Of a DNA stretch of 64,000 nt, positions 12,202 to 26,780 are shown piece after piece. The stretch comes from the human T2T-CHM13v2.0 reference genome, Homo sapiens: NCBI RefSeq assembly GCF_009914755.1, contig NC_060947.1; one strand, written 5' to 3'. Within the stretch, counting starts at the first letter, position 1. The number at the start of each line of letters is the position of its first letter. A program made the translations under genes and the position numbers. The notes beneath the pieces are model-generated. The model was not told the origin of the DNA and searched no databases. It worked only from the letters and a program-made list of their open reading frames with translations.

Positions 12202-12877
12202 TATTTTTAACCAATATCTCTTTTTATATTTTCTCCCCACTCACTCTTCCTTGCATAGAATGGGACTCAAGTGACAACAGGCACATTAGGGAACTGGCTC
12301 AGAAGAAGTTCAGTTGGAGATTATTTAGTCTGACTTCAGTAGGATATATCTACATGATCCACAGTCACATTCATGTATAGTTATTATTACCTGCCCCAGG
12401 GTAGGAGTGGCTTCCACAAATATTCCTACCACCTTCTGTGCATACAACATGAAGATGAAAACCTGGAGTCACGTTGTGATATGAACAACAGCTACAGCTT
12501 CCAGCACTGGAAATATGAAGATAGTAGAGGAATAGCAAGATCTGAAATGTACAAAGCCAAAAACCCGTCTATGCAAAAGTCTTCCCATCATTAAATGTAT
12601 AAAATTATAAAAAGAGGATTAAGTTATCCTGAGTCTAGTCAAATGTTCTCTACAGTTAGTATTACACTCAATAATGTGATTATAAAAGAACCATTTAAAC
12701 TTTTTTATGGAAATAATATAAAATATAATTTATGCAAATTTATGTGATTGTAGGGCAGAGATTTATAGAAGTATGACAAACAATAAATATGTTTATTATG
12801 AAGTCATGTTTTATTATTACTTATTAATAATAATAGAAAAAGCACCAATTCTGATCAACTATCAAAGGTCTTTTTAT

Positions 12878-14388
12878 GAATTTTAGCATCTATTGATTTG
12901 ACCATATTGTCCTTTATTCTGTTGATATGATGTATCCCATTGCTTGATTTGCATATGTTGAATTATCTTTGCATCCCAGGGATAAATCCCACTTGGTCAA
13001 GATGAATGATCTTTTTCACATATGGCTGAATTTGGCTTGCTGTATTTTGTTGATTATTTTTGCATCAATACTCATCAGAGATATTGACCTGCAGTTTTCT
13101 TTCTTTGATATGTCTTTGGTTTTGGTATGAGGATAATAATGGCCTCATACCATAAGTTTGAAAGTATTCCTTCCTTCTCTATTTTTTGGAATAGTTTGAG
13201 TAGAATTGCTATTAGTTCTTTTTTACATGTTTGGTAGATTTCAGCAGTGAAGCCATTGAGTTTCAGGCTTTATTTGAACAATTTTTATTTCAACTTTGAT
13301 CTTGTTATTTCTTATTTGTCTGTTCAGGTTTTGAATTTCCTCATGGTTCAATCTTGGTAGACTGTAGGTGTCTAGGAATTTGTCTATTTCTTCTATATTT
13401 TCCAATTTAATGGCATGTAGTTGCTCACAGTAGCCACTAATATTCCTTTGAATTTCTGTGTATCAGATGTAATGTCTCCTTTTTCATCTGTGATATTATT
13501 GATTTAGGTCATCTCTGTTTTTTTCTTAGTCTGGCTAAAGAACCGTCAATTTTGTTTATCTTTTCAAAAAAACAAACTATATTTTATTGATATTTTGTAT
13601 TGTTTTATTCATTTCAAAATTATTTATTTGTGCTTTGATGTTTATTATTTCATGTTGTCACTAATTTTGGATTTGGTTTGCTCTTGCTTTTCTAATTCTT
13701 TAAGATGCACCATTAGGTTTGTTTTTTAAGTTTTTCTTCTTTTTTGATGTAAGCACTTACAGCTATAAACTTCCCCCTTAGTACTGCTTTCACTATATCC
13801 CATAGGTTTTGGTATATTGTGTTTCCATTATCGTTTGTTTCAAGAATTTTTTCCATTTTCTTCTCAATTTCCTCATCGACCCACTGGTCATTCAGGAGCA
13901 TATTATTTAATTTCCATGTGTTTGTATAGTTTCCAAAATTTCTCTTGTTATTGATTTGTAGTTTTATTCCATTGTGTTCAGAGAAGATGCTTGATGTAAT
14001 CTCATTTTTTGAATGATTTAAGGCTTGTTTTGTGACATAATATATGGTCTATCCTCGAGAATGATCCATGTGCTGAGGACAAAATGTGTACTCAGCAGCC
14101 ATTGGATGCAATGTTCGGTAAATGGATCTGTTAGATCCATTTGGTCTCTAGTGCAGATTAAGTCAGATGTTTCTTTGTTGATTTTCTGTCTGGAAGATCT
14201 ATTCAATGCTGAAAGTGGAGTGCTGAATTCTTCAGCTACTATCGTATTGTGGTCTATCTCTCTCTTTAGCTCTAATACTATTTGCTTTATATATCTGTAT
14301 GATCCAGTGTTGGGTGCATGTATATTTATAATTGTTATATCCTCTTGCTGAATTGACCCTTTTATTATTATTATATAATGACCTTCTT
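12878..14388 (-). mobile_element. L1 ORF2 internal fragment (endonuclease to pre-RT region), truncated at both ends
   Basis: Minus-strand ORFs KEGHYIIIIKGSIQQEDITIINIHAPNTG and MLLNDQWVDEEIEKK...YQNLWDIVKAVLRGKFIA are L1 ORF2p motifs; frameshifted. Confidence 0.92.
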
Positions 14389-14673
14389 TGGACTTGGACA
14401 TTTGGGTTGATGATGGAATCAGTTAAGACTTTGGGGGACTGTTGGGAAGGTATGATTGTGTTTTGAAATGTGAGAACATGAGATTTGGGAGGGGTCAGGG
14501 TTGAAATAATATGGTTGGCTTTGTCCCCACACAAATCTCACCTTGAATTGTAGTAATCATAATCCTATGTCTAGTAGGAGAGACCCAGAGTCCCCACTGG
14601 TGCACTGCCTAGTGAACTTGTGAAAAGAAGGCCAATGCCCTCCCCACCCTAGAATGGTAGATCCACTGACAGC
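14389..14673 (+). mobile_element. Scrambled THE1/MST pieces: internal 3' end plus LTR start (~14389-14585) joined to a mid-internal piece (~14586-14673)
   Basis: GTTAAGACTTTGGGGGACTGTTGGGAAGG matches ~11589-11620 and AGAATGGTAGATCCACTGACAGC matches ~11158-11180 of the nearby THE1 provirus, in non-colinear order. Confidence 0.75.
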
Positions 14674-16572
14674 ATTTTATGTTGTCAGTGTTTGGAGTTT
14701 TGGCCATTCTAATAGGTAATGTAGTGGTATCTCAGTATTGTTATAATTTGCATTTTTCTTATGAAATATTATATTGAAATATTTTCACATGCTTCCTTGC
14801 TATCTGTTTATCTCTTTTGTTGCAGTATATGTTCAGGTCTTTTACCCATTTTTAATCAGACTTTTAATTTCTTATTCTTGAATTTTAAGAGTTCTTTATA
14901 TATTTTGAATATTTTCTTATGAGGTGTGTCTTTTGAAAATATTTTCTTCCCATCTGTAGCTTGTCTTTTCATTCTCTTGGCTTTGTCTTTTGCAGAGCAT
15001 AAGTTTTTAATTTTAATGAAGTCTAGCTTATTAATTTTTTGTTTCATGGATCATGCCTTTGATGTTGTATCTAAAAAGTTGTCATCATATCCGAGGTTAT
15101 CTAGTTTTTCTCCTAAGTGATCTTCTAGGAGTTCTATAGCTTTACATTTTACATTTAGATCTATGATGCACTTGAGTTAAGTTTTGTGAAGGGCACAAAA
15201 TCTGTGTCTAAATTCACTTTTTGGTATATAGATATCCAATTGTTTCACCACCATTTGTTGAAAAGACTATCTTTTCTCAATTGTATTGCTTTTGCTCCTT
15301 TGTCAAAAATCAGGTGATTATATTTATGTGGGTCAATTTCTGGGTTCTTTATTCTGTTCCTTTGATTTACTTGTCCATTCTTTCACCAAGATGACACTGT
15401 TTTTATTACTGTAGCTTTATAGTAAGTCTCAAAGTTGGGTAGTGTCAGGATCCTGATTGTTTTCCTTCTTCAATATTGGGTTGGCTATTCTAAGGTTTAT
15501 ATGGAAAGACTATCAGAGTATATGACCTCCCCATGTAAACTTTAGAATAAGTTTGTCAATAACCACAAAATATCTTGATGATATTTTGACTCGTATAGCA
15601 TTGAATATACAGAGTTGGAAAGAACTGGTATCTTGACAATATTGAGTCTTCCTAATTATGAAAATAAAATAGCTCTACATTTTTAAGGTTCTCCTTTGAT
15701 ATCTTTCGTGAGATTTTTGTAGTTTTCTTCATATAGATCTTGTATATATTTTGTTAGGTTTATATGAAGCATTTCTTTTTTAGGGATGCTAATGTAAATG
15801 GCAATGTGTTTTTAATTTCAAATTTCTCTTGTTCATTGTTGGTATGCAGAAAAGTGATTGACTTTTCTGTGTTAACCTCATATCCTGCAGCATTGCTAAA
15901 ATTGTTTATTAGTTCCAGGTTTTTTTTATGATTCAGATTTTCTACACAGAAGACCATGTTGTCTGTGAACAAAAACTATTTATCCCATCACTATATGTAT
16001 ATATTTTCTTTTCTTGTTTTATTGCATTAGCTAAGACTTTCCACGTGATTTTGAAAAGGAGTGGTAAGAGAGGAAATCCTTGTCTTATTCACGATCTTAG
16101 TTGGAAAGCTTCAAGTTTCTCACCAATAAGTATGAAGATAGCTCTAGGTTTTTTGCAGAGGTTCTTTATAAAGTTGAGGATGTCCCCATTCCCATCTGTA
16201 GTTTGTTGAAGGCTTTTATCATTCATGGGCATTGAACATTGTCAAATGTTTCTTCTGCATCTATAGATAAGATCATTAGATTTTTCTTTTTCAATCTGTT
16301 GATGTTATGTAGTAAATTAACTGATTTTAAAAGGTCAAGCCAACCTTTTATACCTAGGAAAAATCCGGCTTGTTTGTGGTGTATGTCTTTTTACATGTTG
16401 TTGGAATCACTTCTTAGTATTTAATTGAGCCTTTCTGTATCTGTGTTTATGAGAGATATTTGCTTATGGTTTACTTGTAATCTTATTGTCTGATTTTAAT
16501 ATTAATTTTGACATCATAGAAAAAGTTAGGAATATTCCCTCTGCTTTCAACTTTTGAGGTAGATTGTAGAGA

Positions 16573-19500
16573 ATGTATATATTTATATATATAATACATA
16601 TTTATTTATTATATATATTTATATACAATATATATTTATATAATATATAATTATATATAATACATATGTATATATTATATATATTTATATACAATACATA
16701 TTTTATATTGTATATATTTATATACAATACATATTTACATATTATATATATTTATCTACAATACATATTTTTATATTATATATATTTATATATAATACAT
16801 ATTTATATATTATATATATTTATATGTAATATATATTTATATATTATCAATATTTATATATAATATGTATTTATATATTTTATATATTTATAAATAATAC
16901 ATAATTATATTTTATATATTTATATATGATATGTATTTATATATCATATATTTACATATAATATGAAATTATATATTATATATAACTATATATAATATAT
17001 ATTTATATATTATGTGTATTTATATATGATACATATTTATATATTATGCATATTTATATATAATACATATTTATATATTATATATGTTTATACATAATAC
17101 ATATTTATATATTATATATCATATATATTTACATATAATACATTTATATATTATATATACTTATATATATTCATATATAATATATTTATGTATATATTTT
17201 ATATAAATACATTTAGATATATTATATATATTATATACATGATATATATTTATATATCATATATATTTCTATATGTGATATATATTTATATATCATATAT
17301 TCTATACGTGATATATATTTATCTATCATATATACTTATAAATATAATATATATTTATATATCATATATATTTATATTATATATTCATATATTACATATT
17401 TATATATTATACATTTATCTATTATATATTTATATGTATAATATTTATGTAATAAGTATTTACATATAATACATTTATATAATACATATTTATAAGTTAT
17501 ATATTAATATAATACATATTTATATGTTATATATTTACATAATACATATTTCTATATAATATATGTTTATTACATATATTTCTATATAAAATATGTTTAT
17601 TATGTATATTTATAAATAATAAATGCTTATTTATTATGTATATTTATATATAAGTTTATCCTTATATTTATTTATATAATATAAGTGTATTTATTACATA
17701 TTTATATATAATATATGTTTATTACATATATTTACATAAAATATATGTTTAGATAGTATATATATTTACATATAATATATGTTTATATATTATATATATT
17801 TACGTATATGTTTAGATATTGTATACATTTACATATATGTTTATATATTATATATATTATACATAACATGTTTATATACTATATACTTACACATAACATG
17901 TTTATATATTATCTATTTATACACAACATATGCTTATATATTGTATATGTTTATGCATAACGTATGCTTATATATTGTATATATTTATACCTAATATGTA
18001 CTTATATATTGTATATGTTTATACATAATATATGCTTATATGTTGTATATGTTTATACATAATATATGCTTATATATTGAATATGTTTATACAAAATATA
18101 TGCTTATATATTTTATATGTTTACACATAATATATGTTATATATTGCATAGGTTTATACATTACATATGTTTACATATTATATATGTTTATATATGATAT
18201 CTGTTCATATATAATATATGTTTATACATCTGTTTATATATAATATATGTTTATATATTATATCTGTTTATATATAATATATGTTTATATATTATATCTG
18301 TTTATACATAATATGATTATACATAATATGTTTATATATTATACATGTTTACACATAATATATTTTTATATATTATATTTGTTTACATATAATATATTTT
18401 TATATATTATATATGTTTACATATAATATATTTTTATATATTATATATGTTTACATATAATATATTTTTATATATTATATGTTTCTATATATTTTTATAT
18501 ATTATATATGTTTCTATATAATATATTTTTATATATTATATATGTTTCTATATAATATATTTTTATATATTATATATGTTTCTATATAATATATTTTTAT
18601 ATATCATATATGTTTCTATATAATATATTTTTATATATCATATATGTTTATATATAATATATTTTATATATCATATATGCTTATATATAATATATTTATT
18701 TCTTATATATGTGTATATATAATATATATTCATATATGATATATGATTATATATATTTATGTATTATACATGTTTATATATAATATATACTTCTGTATTA
18801 TATATGTTGATATATAATATATACTTCTGTATTATATATGTTGATATATAATATATACTTCTGTATTATATATGTTGATATATAATATATACTTCTGTAT
18901 TATATATGTTGATATATAATATATACTTCTGTATTATAAATGTTTATATAATATATACTTCTGTATTATATATGTTTATATATAATATATATTTATGTAT
19001 TATATGTTTATATATAAGATATACTTATGAATTATATATGTTTATGTATAATAAATACTTAAGTATTACATATGTTCATATATAATTTATACGTACGCAT
19101 TATATATGTATTTATATGTAATATGCAGTTATATATCATATGTATTAATATGTAATATGCATTTATATATCATAGTTATTTTTATGTAATATGCATTTAT
19201 ATATCATATATATTTATATATAATATGTATTCATACATCATATGTATTGATATATCATATGTATTTATATATAATATATAGATGTATCATATATATTTAT
19301 ATAATATATGTTGATATATCATATGTATTTATATATAATATGTATTTATATATCATGTGTATTTATATATAATATATATTTCTATCTTTTACGTATTTAA
19401 ATATGATATATATTTGTATATTATATGTATTTACGTGTTATATGTTTATACATGTATATTTATATAATGTATACATTCTATATTAGATATATTTATATAT

Positions 19501-22500
19501 TATATATTATATATAGTTATAAGTTATATATTGATATATTATACTTATTTACATATATATATTACATATATATACATTATATACATACATTATTATATAT
19601 AAATATGTATATAAATAAATATGTAAATTATAAAATAAATATATATATTTATGTTATATATAATACATATTTACATATTATATAAATTATAGATTTACAT
19701 ATTATATATAATATGTAAATATATATATTACATATAAATACATGTTATATAATTAGAATATACATATTATATAATTATATACGTAAAATATGTATTTGTG
19801 TATATTATATATGATATAAATATAATATAAATGTTATATATATTGCATATATAATTATTATATAAATATATATAAATGTAATATCTATGATATATAAATG
19901 TATTATATATCATATATATTATATATTATAAATATACAAAATATATTACAAATTATATATGAAATATGTATTGATATAATATATATGTCAGAAATATATA
20001 TTTATATATTATATATTTCCATAATATATATTTATACATTATATATTTCCATAATATACATTTCTATATTTTATATATTTCCATAATATTTATGTATACA
20101 TTATATGTATTTCCATAATATATATGCATGTATTATGTATTCATATAATATATGCATGCATTATATATTCATGTAATATACGCATGCATTATATATTCGT
20201 AGAATATACGCATGTATTATATATTTTTAGAATATACGCATGTATTATATATTCGTAGAATATACGCATTTATTATATATTCATATAAAATATGTATGTA
20301 TTATATACTCGTATAAAATGTGTATGTATTATATATTCGTATAAAATATATATATATTATATATTCATATAAAATATATTTATAGAATATGTTGATGTGT
20401 TATCTATTTATAGAATGTATTTATATATTATATATTTATAGAATGTATTTATATATTATATATTCATAGAATATATATATTTATATAATATATATTTACA
20501 GAATATATACATTTATATGTTATATATTTATAGAATATATATTTATATATTATGTATATTTATATAATATGTATTTATTGAATATATATTTATATATTAT
20601 ACATATTTATAGAATATATGTTTATATATTATACATATTTATACAATATATATTTATATATTATACATATTTATAGAATATATATTTATATGTTATATAT
20701 ATTTATTGAATATATACATTTATGTTACAAATTTATAGAATATATATAATTATATATTGTATATTTAAAGAATAAATATATTTATATATTATATATCTAC
20801 AGAATATATACTCATATATTAAATATAGAATATATATTCATATATTATCTATTTATAGAATATATATATTTATATAGTACATATTTATATATTATATATA
20901 TTTATACAGTATATATTTATATATTATATTTATTTATATAGTATATATTCATATATTGTATATATTTATATAGTACATATTTGCATATTATATATGTTTA
21001 TATATTACATATACTTACACAGTACATATTTATATATTATATAAAATATATATGATATATATTTATATATATTTCTATATTGTATATATATTATATATAT
21101 TATATAATATATATTCATATATCATATATGGTTTTACCTTATATATTCATATATGATATATATTTATATATTATACATTTATATAAAATATATTTATATA
21201 TCATATATTCATATAATACATATTTATACATTAAATATATTTATATAGCACATATTGATGTGTTACATATTCATATAATACATATTTATATATTATATAT
21301 TTATATATTACCGATTTGTACATTATATGTTTCTATGATATATATTTATATATTATATATTTTTCAATTATAAATATTTATGTATTATATGTTTCTATCA
21401 TACATGTGTATATATTATATATACTTCTATGATATATATTTATATATTATATATAATGCATGTAATATATAATTATATATGAGATATAATATATAATATA
21501 TATTTATGTTATATATATGAAATATATATTTATATATTATATGTAAAATACATGTTTATGCATGACATACAGAAAATATATTTTATATGTTGTATATAAT
21601 ATATATTTATACATTATATATACAATATATATTAATATGTTATATATAATATATATTTACTATATATAATATATTTATACTTATATATATAATGTATATT
21701 TATTCTATATAATATATATTTATATATTATCTATAATATACGTTTATATATTATAGATAATATATATTGTACATAATTTATATATTATAGATAATGTATA
21801 TTTGTATAATATTTAATATATTTACATATATATCTATATTATATATTTACATATTATATATATTTATATTATACACATTTATATATTATAGATTTATTTA
21901 CAATGTATATTTATATATTATATATTTATATTATGTATATTTATATATTACATATTCATATATATTTTATATTCATATCATATATGTATATTATGTATAT
22001 TTATATATTATATATTTTTATATGATGTGTATTTATATCTCATATATATTTATATATAATGTATATTTATATACTATATATTTATATTTAATATATATTT
22101 ATATATTTTATATTTATATTTAATGCATATTTAAAAAGTACATAAAATTTTCATATTTTAGGTATATTTATATTTAATGCATATTTTTATATTATATATG
22201 TATAAATATAATGGATATTCATATATTATATATATTCTGTATAATATATTTATATAGTGTATATATTTTTATTTATGATGTATATTTATATATCATATGT
22301 GTTTTTAAATTTAATATGTATTTAGGTATGTAATATGTTTTTGTATATCATGTATATTTATATGTGTGATACATATTTCTACATAATATTTATTTATTTA
22401 TCATATAGTTTCATAAAATACATATTTATGTATAATATATATTTATATTGATATATATTTATATATCACATATGTTATGTATATCATATGTATTCATATA

Positions 22501-25500
22501 TCATATTTATTTATATATAATGTATATTTATTATATATTGATATATAATATATTTTTATTTATTATATATAGATATATAATGTATACTTATGTATTATAT
22601 ATTGATATATAACATATGTTTATTTATTATATATATTGATATATAATATATATTTATTTATTACATATATTTATATATGATATATATTTATATATCATAT
22701 ATATTTGTATGTTACATATTTGTACATTATATATTTATATACTATATGCATTTACATATATTTGTAAAATATATGTACATATTGTATATATTTATATATT
22801 ATATGTATTTATATATTCATAATATATATTCATATATGATATATATTTATATATTCATAATATATATTCATATATAATATATTTATATATTATAATCATT
22901 TATATATTATATACATTTATATATTGTACATATTTATATATTCATAATATTTATTTATATATTATAGAGATTTATGTATTCATAATATGTATTTATATAT
23001 TATATAGATTTATATATTCATAATATGCATTTATATATTATACAGTTTTATATATTCAAAATATATATCATATATTTTATGCATAATATATATGTATATA
23101 TTATATTATATACATTTACATATTTATAATATATATTTCTATATTATGTATAATATATATTTCTATATTATACATAGTATAAATTTCTATCTTATACATA
23201 GTATATATTTCTATATTATACCTAATATGTATTTCTATATCATATATAATATATATTTCTATATTTTACCTGCTATATATTTCTATATTATACATATTAT
23301 AGATTTCTATATTACATATAATATATATTTCTGTATTATATATAATATATATTTCTATATTATATATAATATATATTTCTATATTTTATGTAATTTATAT
23401 GTCTATATTTTATATAATTTATATTTCTATATTATATATATGTATTTCTGTATTTTATATAATATATTTCTACATTCTATATAAAATATATTTATAGATA
23501 ATATAGAGTATATAAGTATATATTATATATAATATATATAATATACATTTATATACTATATACAATATATATTTATATATTATATATGATATAGAAATAT
23601 ATATTATGTATTATACATAATATATATTTATAATACATATTTACATATTATATGTAATGTATATTTATATATTACACATATTTAAATGCTTATAATATAT
23701 ATTTATATATTATACATATTTATATGCTTTTGATATATATTTTTATATTATACATATTTTACATATGTATACATATATTTATATTATACATATATTATAC
23801 ATATATTATACATATATTTTTATTATACATATATTTTATATTATACTTATTTATGTATTTATAATATAAATTTATATGTTATACATATTTATATATGTAT
23901 ACTATATATTTTTATGTTATATATAATTATTTATGTATAATATATATTTATATATTATATATATTCATATATATTTATAATATATATTTATATATTATAT
24001 ATATTCATATATATTTATAATATATATTGTATATGATATATATTTATAATATATATTATATATGATATATATTTATGATATATATCATATATAATACATA
24101 CAATTTTGTTATATTTACATATATTATATTTAATATATATTTTCTTTATATACATTATATATAATATATTATATTTATATAGTACATTTTATATATATTA
24201 TATTCATATATAATATATAGAGTATGTTTTATATCGATATATAATATATAGAGTATATATAGTGATGTATAATATGTAGAGTATATATTCTATTGATATA
24301 TAATATGTAGAGTATATAGTATATTGATATATAATATATAGAGTATATATTCTATTGATATATAATATATAGAGTATATATTCTGTTGCTTTACAATGTA
24401 TAGAGTATATATTCTGTTGATATATAATACATAGAGTATATATTCTGTTGATATATAGTATATAGAGTATATATTCTATTGATATATAGTATATAGTGTA
24501 TATATCCTATTGATATATAGTATATAGAGTATATATCCTATTGATATATAATATACAGAGTATATATTCTATTGATATATATTATATAGAGTATATATCC
24601 TATTGATATATAATATATAGAGTATATATCCTATTGATATATAATATATAGAGTATATATCCTATTGGTATATAATATGTAGAGTATATGTTCTGTTGAT
24701 ATATAATATATAGAGTATATGTCCTGTTGATATATAATATAGAGAGTATATATCCTATTGATATATAATATATAGAGTATATATTCTGTTGATATATAAT
24801 ATATAGAGTATATGTCCTATTGATACATAATATATAGATTACGTTTCATATTGATATATAATATATAGTTTATATGTCATATTGATATATAATATATAGA
24901 TTATATGTCATATTGATATATATTACATAGATTATATGTCATATTGATATATATTACATAGATTATATGTCATATTGATATATATTACATAGATTATATG
25001 TCATATTGATATATATTACATAGATTATATGTCATATTGATATAGAATATATAGATTATATGTCATATTGATATATATTACATAGATTATATGTCATATT
25101 GATATATATTACATAGATTATATGTCATATTGATATATATTACATAGATTATATGTTATATTGCTATAGAATATATAGATTATATATTATATTGCTATGG
25201 AATATATAGATTATATATTATATTGCTATAGAATATATAGATTATATATTATATTGATATAGAATATATAGATTATATATTATATTGATATAGAATATAT
25301 AGATTATACATTATATTGATATAGAATATATAGATTATACGTTATATTGATATAGAATTTATAGATTATATGTTATATTGATATATACTATATAGATTAT
25401 ATGTTATATTGATATATAATATATAGATTATATGTTATATTGATATATACTATATAGATTATATGTTATATTGATATATAATATATAGATTATATGTTAT

Positions 25501-26780
25501 ATTGATATATAATATATAGATTATATATTATATTGATATATAGGGAGAGTGTATATTATATTGATATATAATATATAGAGTGTATATTATATTTACATAT
25601 AATATATAGAGTGGATATTATATTTACATATAATATATAGAGTGCATATTATATTTACATATAATATATAGAGTGCATATTATATTTACATATAATATAT
25701 AGTGTGTATATTATATTCATATATAATATATAGAGTGTTTATTATATTCATATATAATATATAGAGTGTATATTATATTCATATATAATATAGAGAGTAT
25801 ATATTATATTCATATATAATATATGGTGTGTATATTATATTCATATATAATATATAGAGTGTATATTATATTCATATATAATAGAGAGTGTATATTACAT
25901 TTATATATAATATATAGAATGTATATTACATTTATATATAATATGTAGAGTGTATATTATATTTATATATAATATATAGAGTGTATATTATATTTATATG
26001 TAATATATAAGGTTTATATTATATTTATATGCAATATATAGGGTTTATATTATATTCATATGTAATATATATGGTTTGTATTATATTTATATTTAATATA
26101 TCAGGTTTATATTATATTTATATGTAATATATAGGGTTTACATTATATTTATATGTAATATATAGGGTTTACATTATATTTATATGTAATATATAGGGTT
26201 TATATTATATTTTTATGTAATATATAGGGTTTATATTATATTTATATGTAATATATAGGGTTTATGTTATATTTATATGTAATATATAGGGTTTATATTA
26301 TATTTATATGTAATATATAGGGCTTATATTATATTCATATGTAATATATAGGGTTTATATTATATTTATATGTAATATATAGAATATGAATTACATTATT
26401 ATATATTGTAATTTATGTATTATATATATGATTAATATATATAATTTGTATATACAATTAATATATATAATGAATTTGACATATATAATATATATAATAT
26501 TATTCATGTTATATATATTATATATGTAAAATACAATTTATAAATATAATATATCATTTATAATAGAATATAATATATATTATATTATTACATAATATTA
26601 TATAGTATATATTATATAATATATAAATATAATATACATTAATACTATATTATTATATATTGTATAATATGTATAATGTATATCATATATATAATTTATA
26701 TGTGATATATATTATATATATTTTATATCATATATATTTGTATATTATATATCTATTCATGTATTTTATATATCTATGTA
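16573..26780. repeat. ~10.2 kb AT-rich compound minisatellite / degenerate (TA)n-derived tandem array
   Basis: Nearly exclusively A/T. Counted periods: 34 bp (TTGTA at 17941/17975/18009/18043; TTCTG at 18791/18825/18859), 28 bp (CGCAT at 20181/20209/20237/20265), ~24 bp (~23130-23470) and 31 bp (~24220-26380). Confidence 0.97.

Larger units (their letters stand above)
9360..12875 (+). mobile_element. Fragmented hAT-Tip100 DNA transposon (Zaphod/MER115-like) in pieces ~9360-9450, ~9700-9760 and ~12202-12875, split by later insertions
   Basis: GATTTATGATGAAACTAATGAAGCTTAAG start, then colinear continuation (TTTTGCAAAATTTGTAAAACTAAGAT | TATTTTTAACC...) across the nested LTR elements. Family from recalled consensus. 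Confidence 0.6.

Noticed and set aside
16573-26780. CRISPR-like regular ~30-bp periodicity
   Set aside because: The units are head-to-tail tandem repeats with no unique spacers, there are no cas genes, and the context is eukaryotic.
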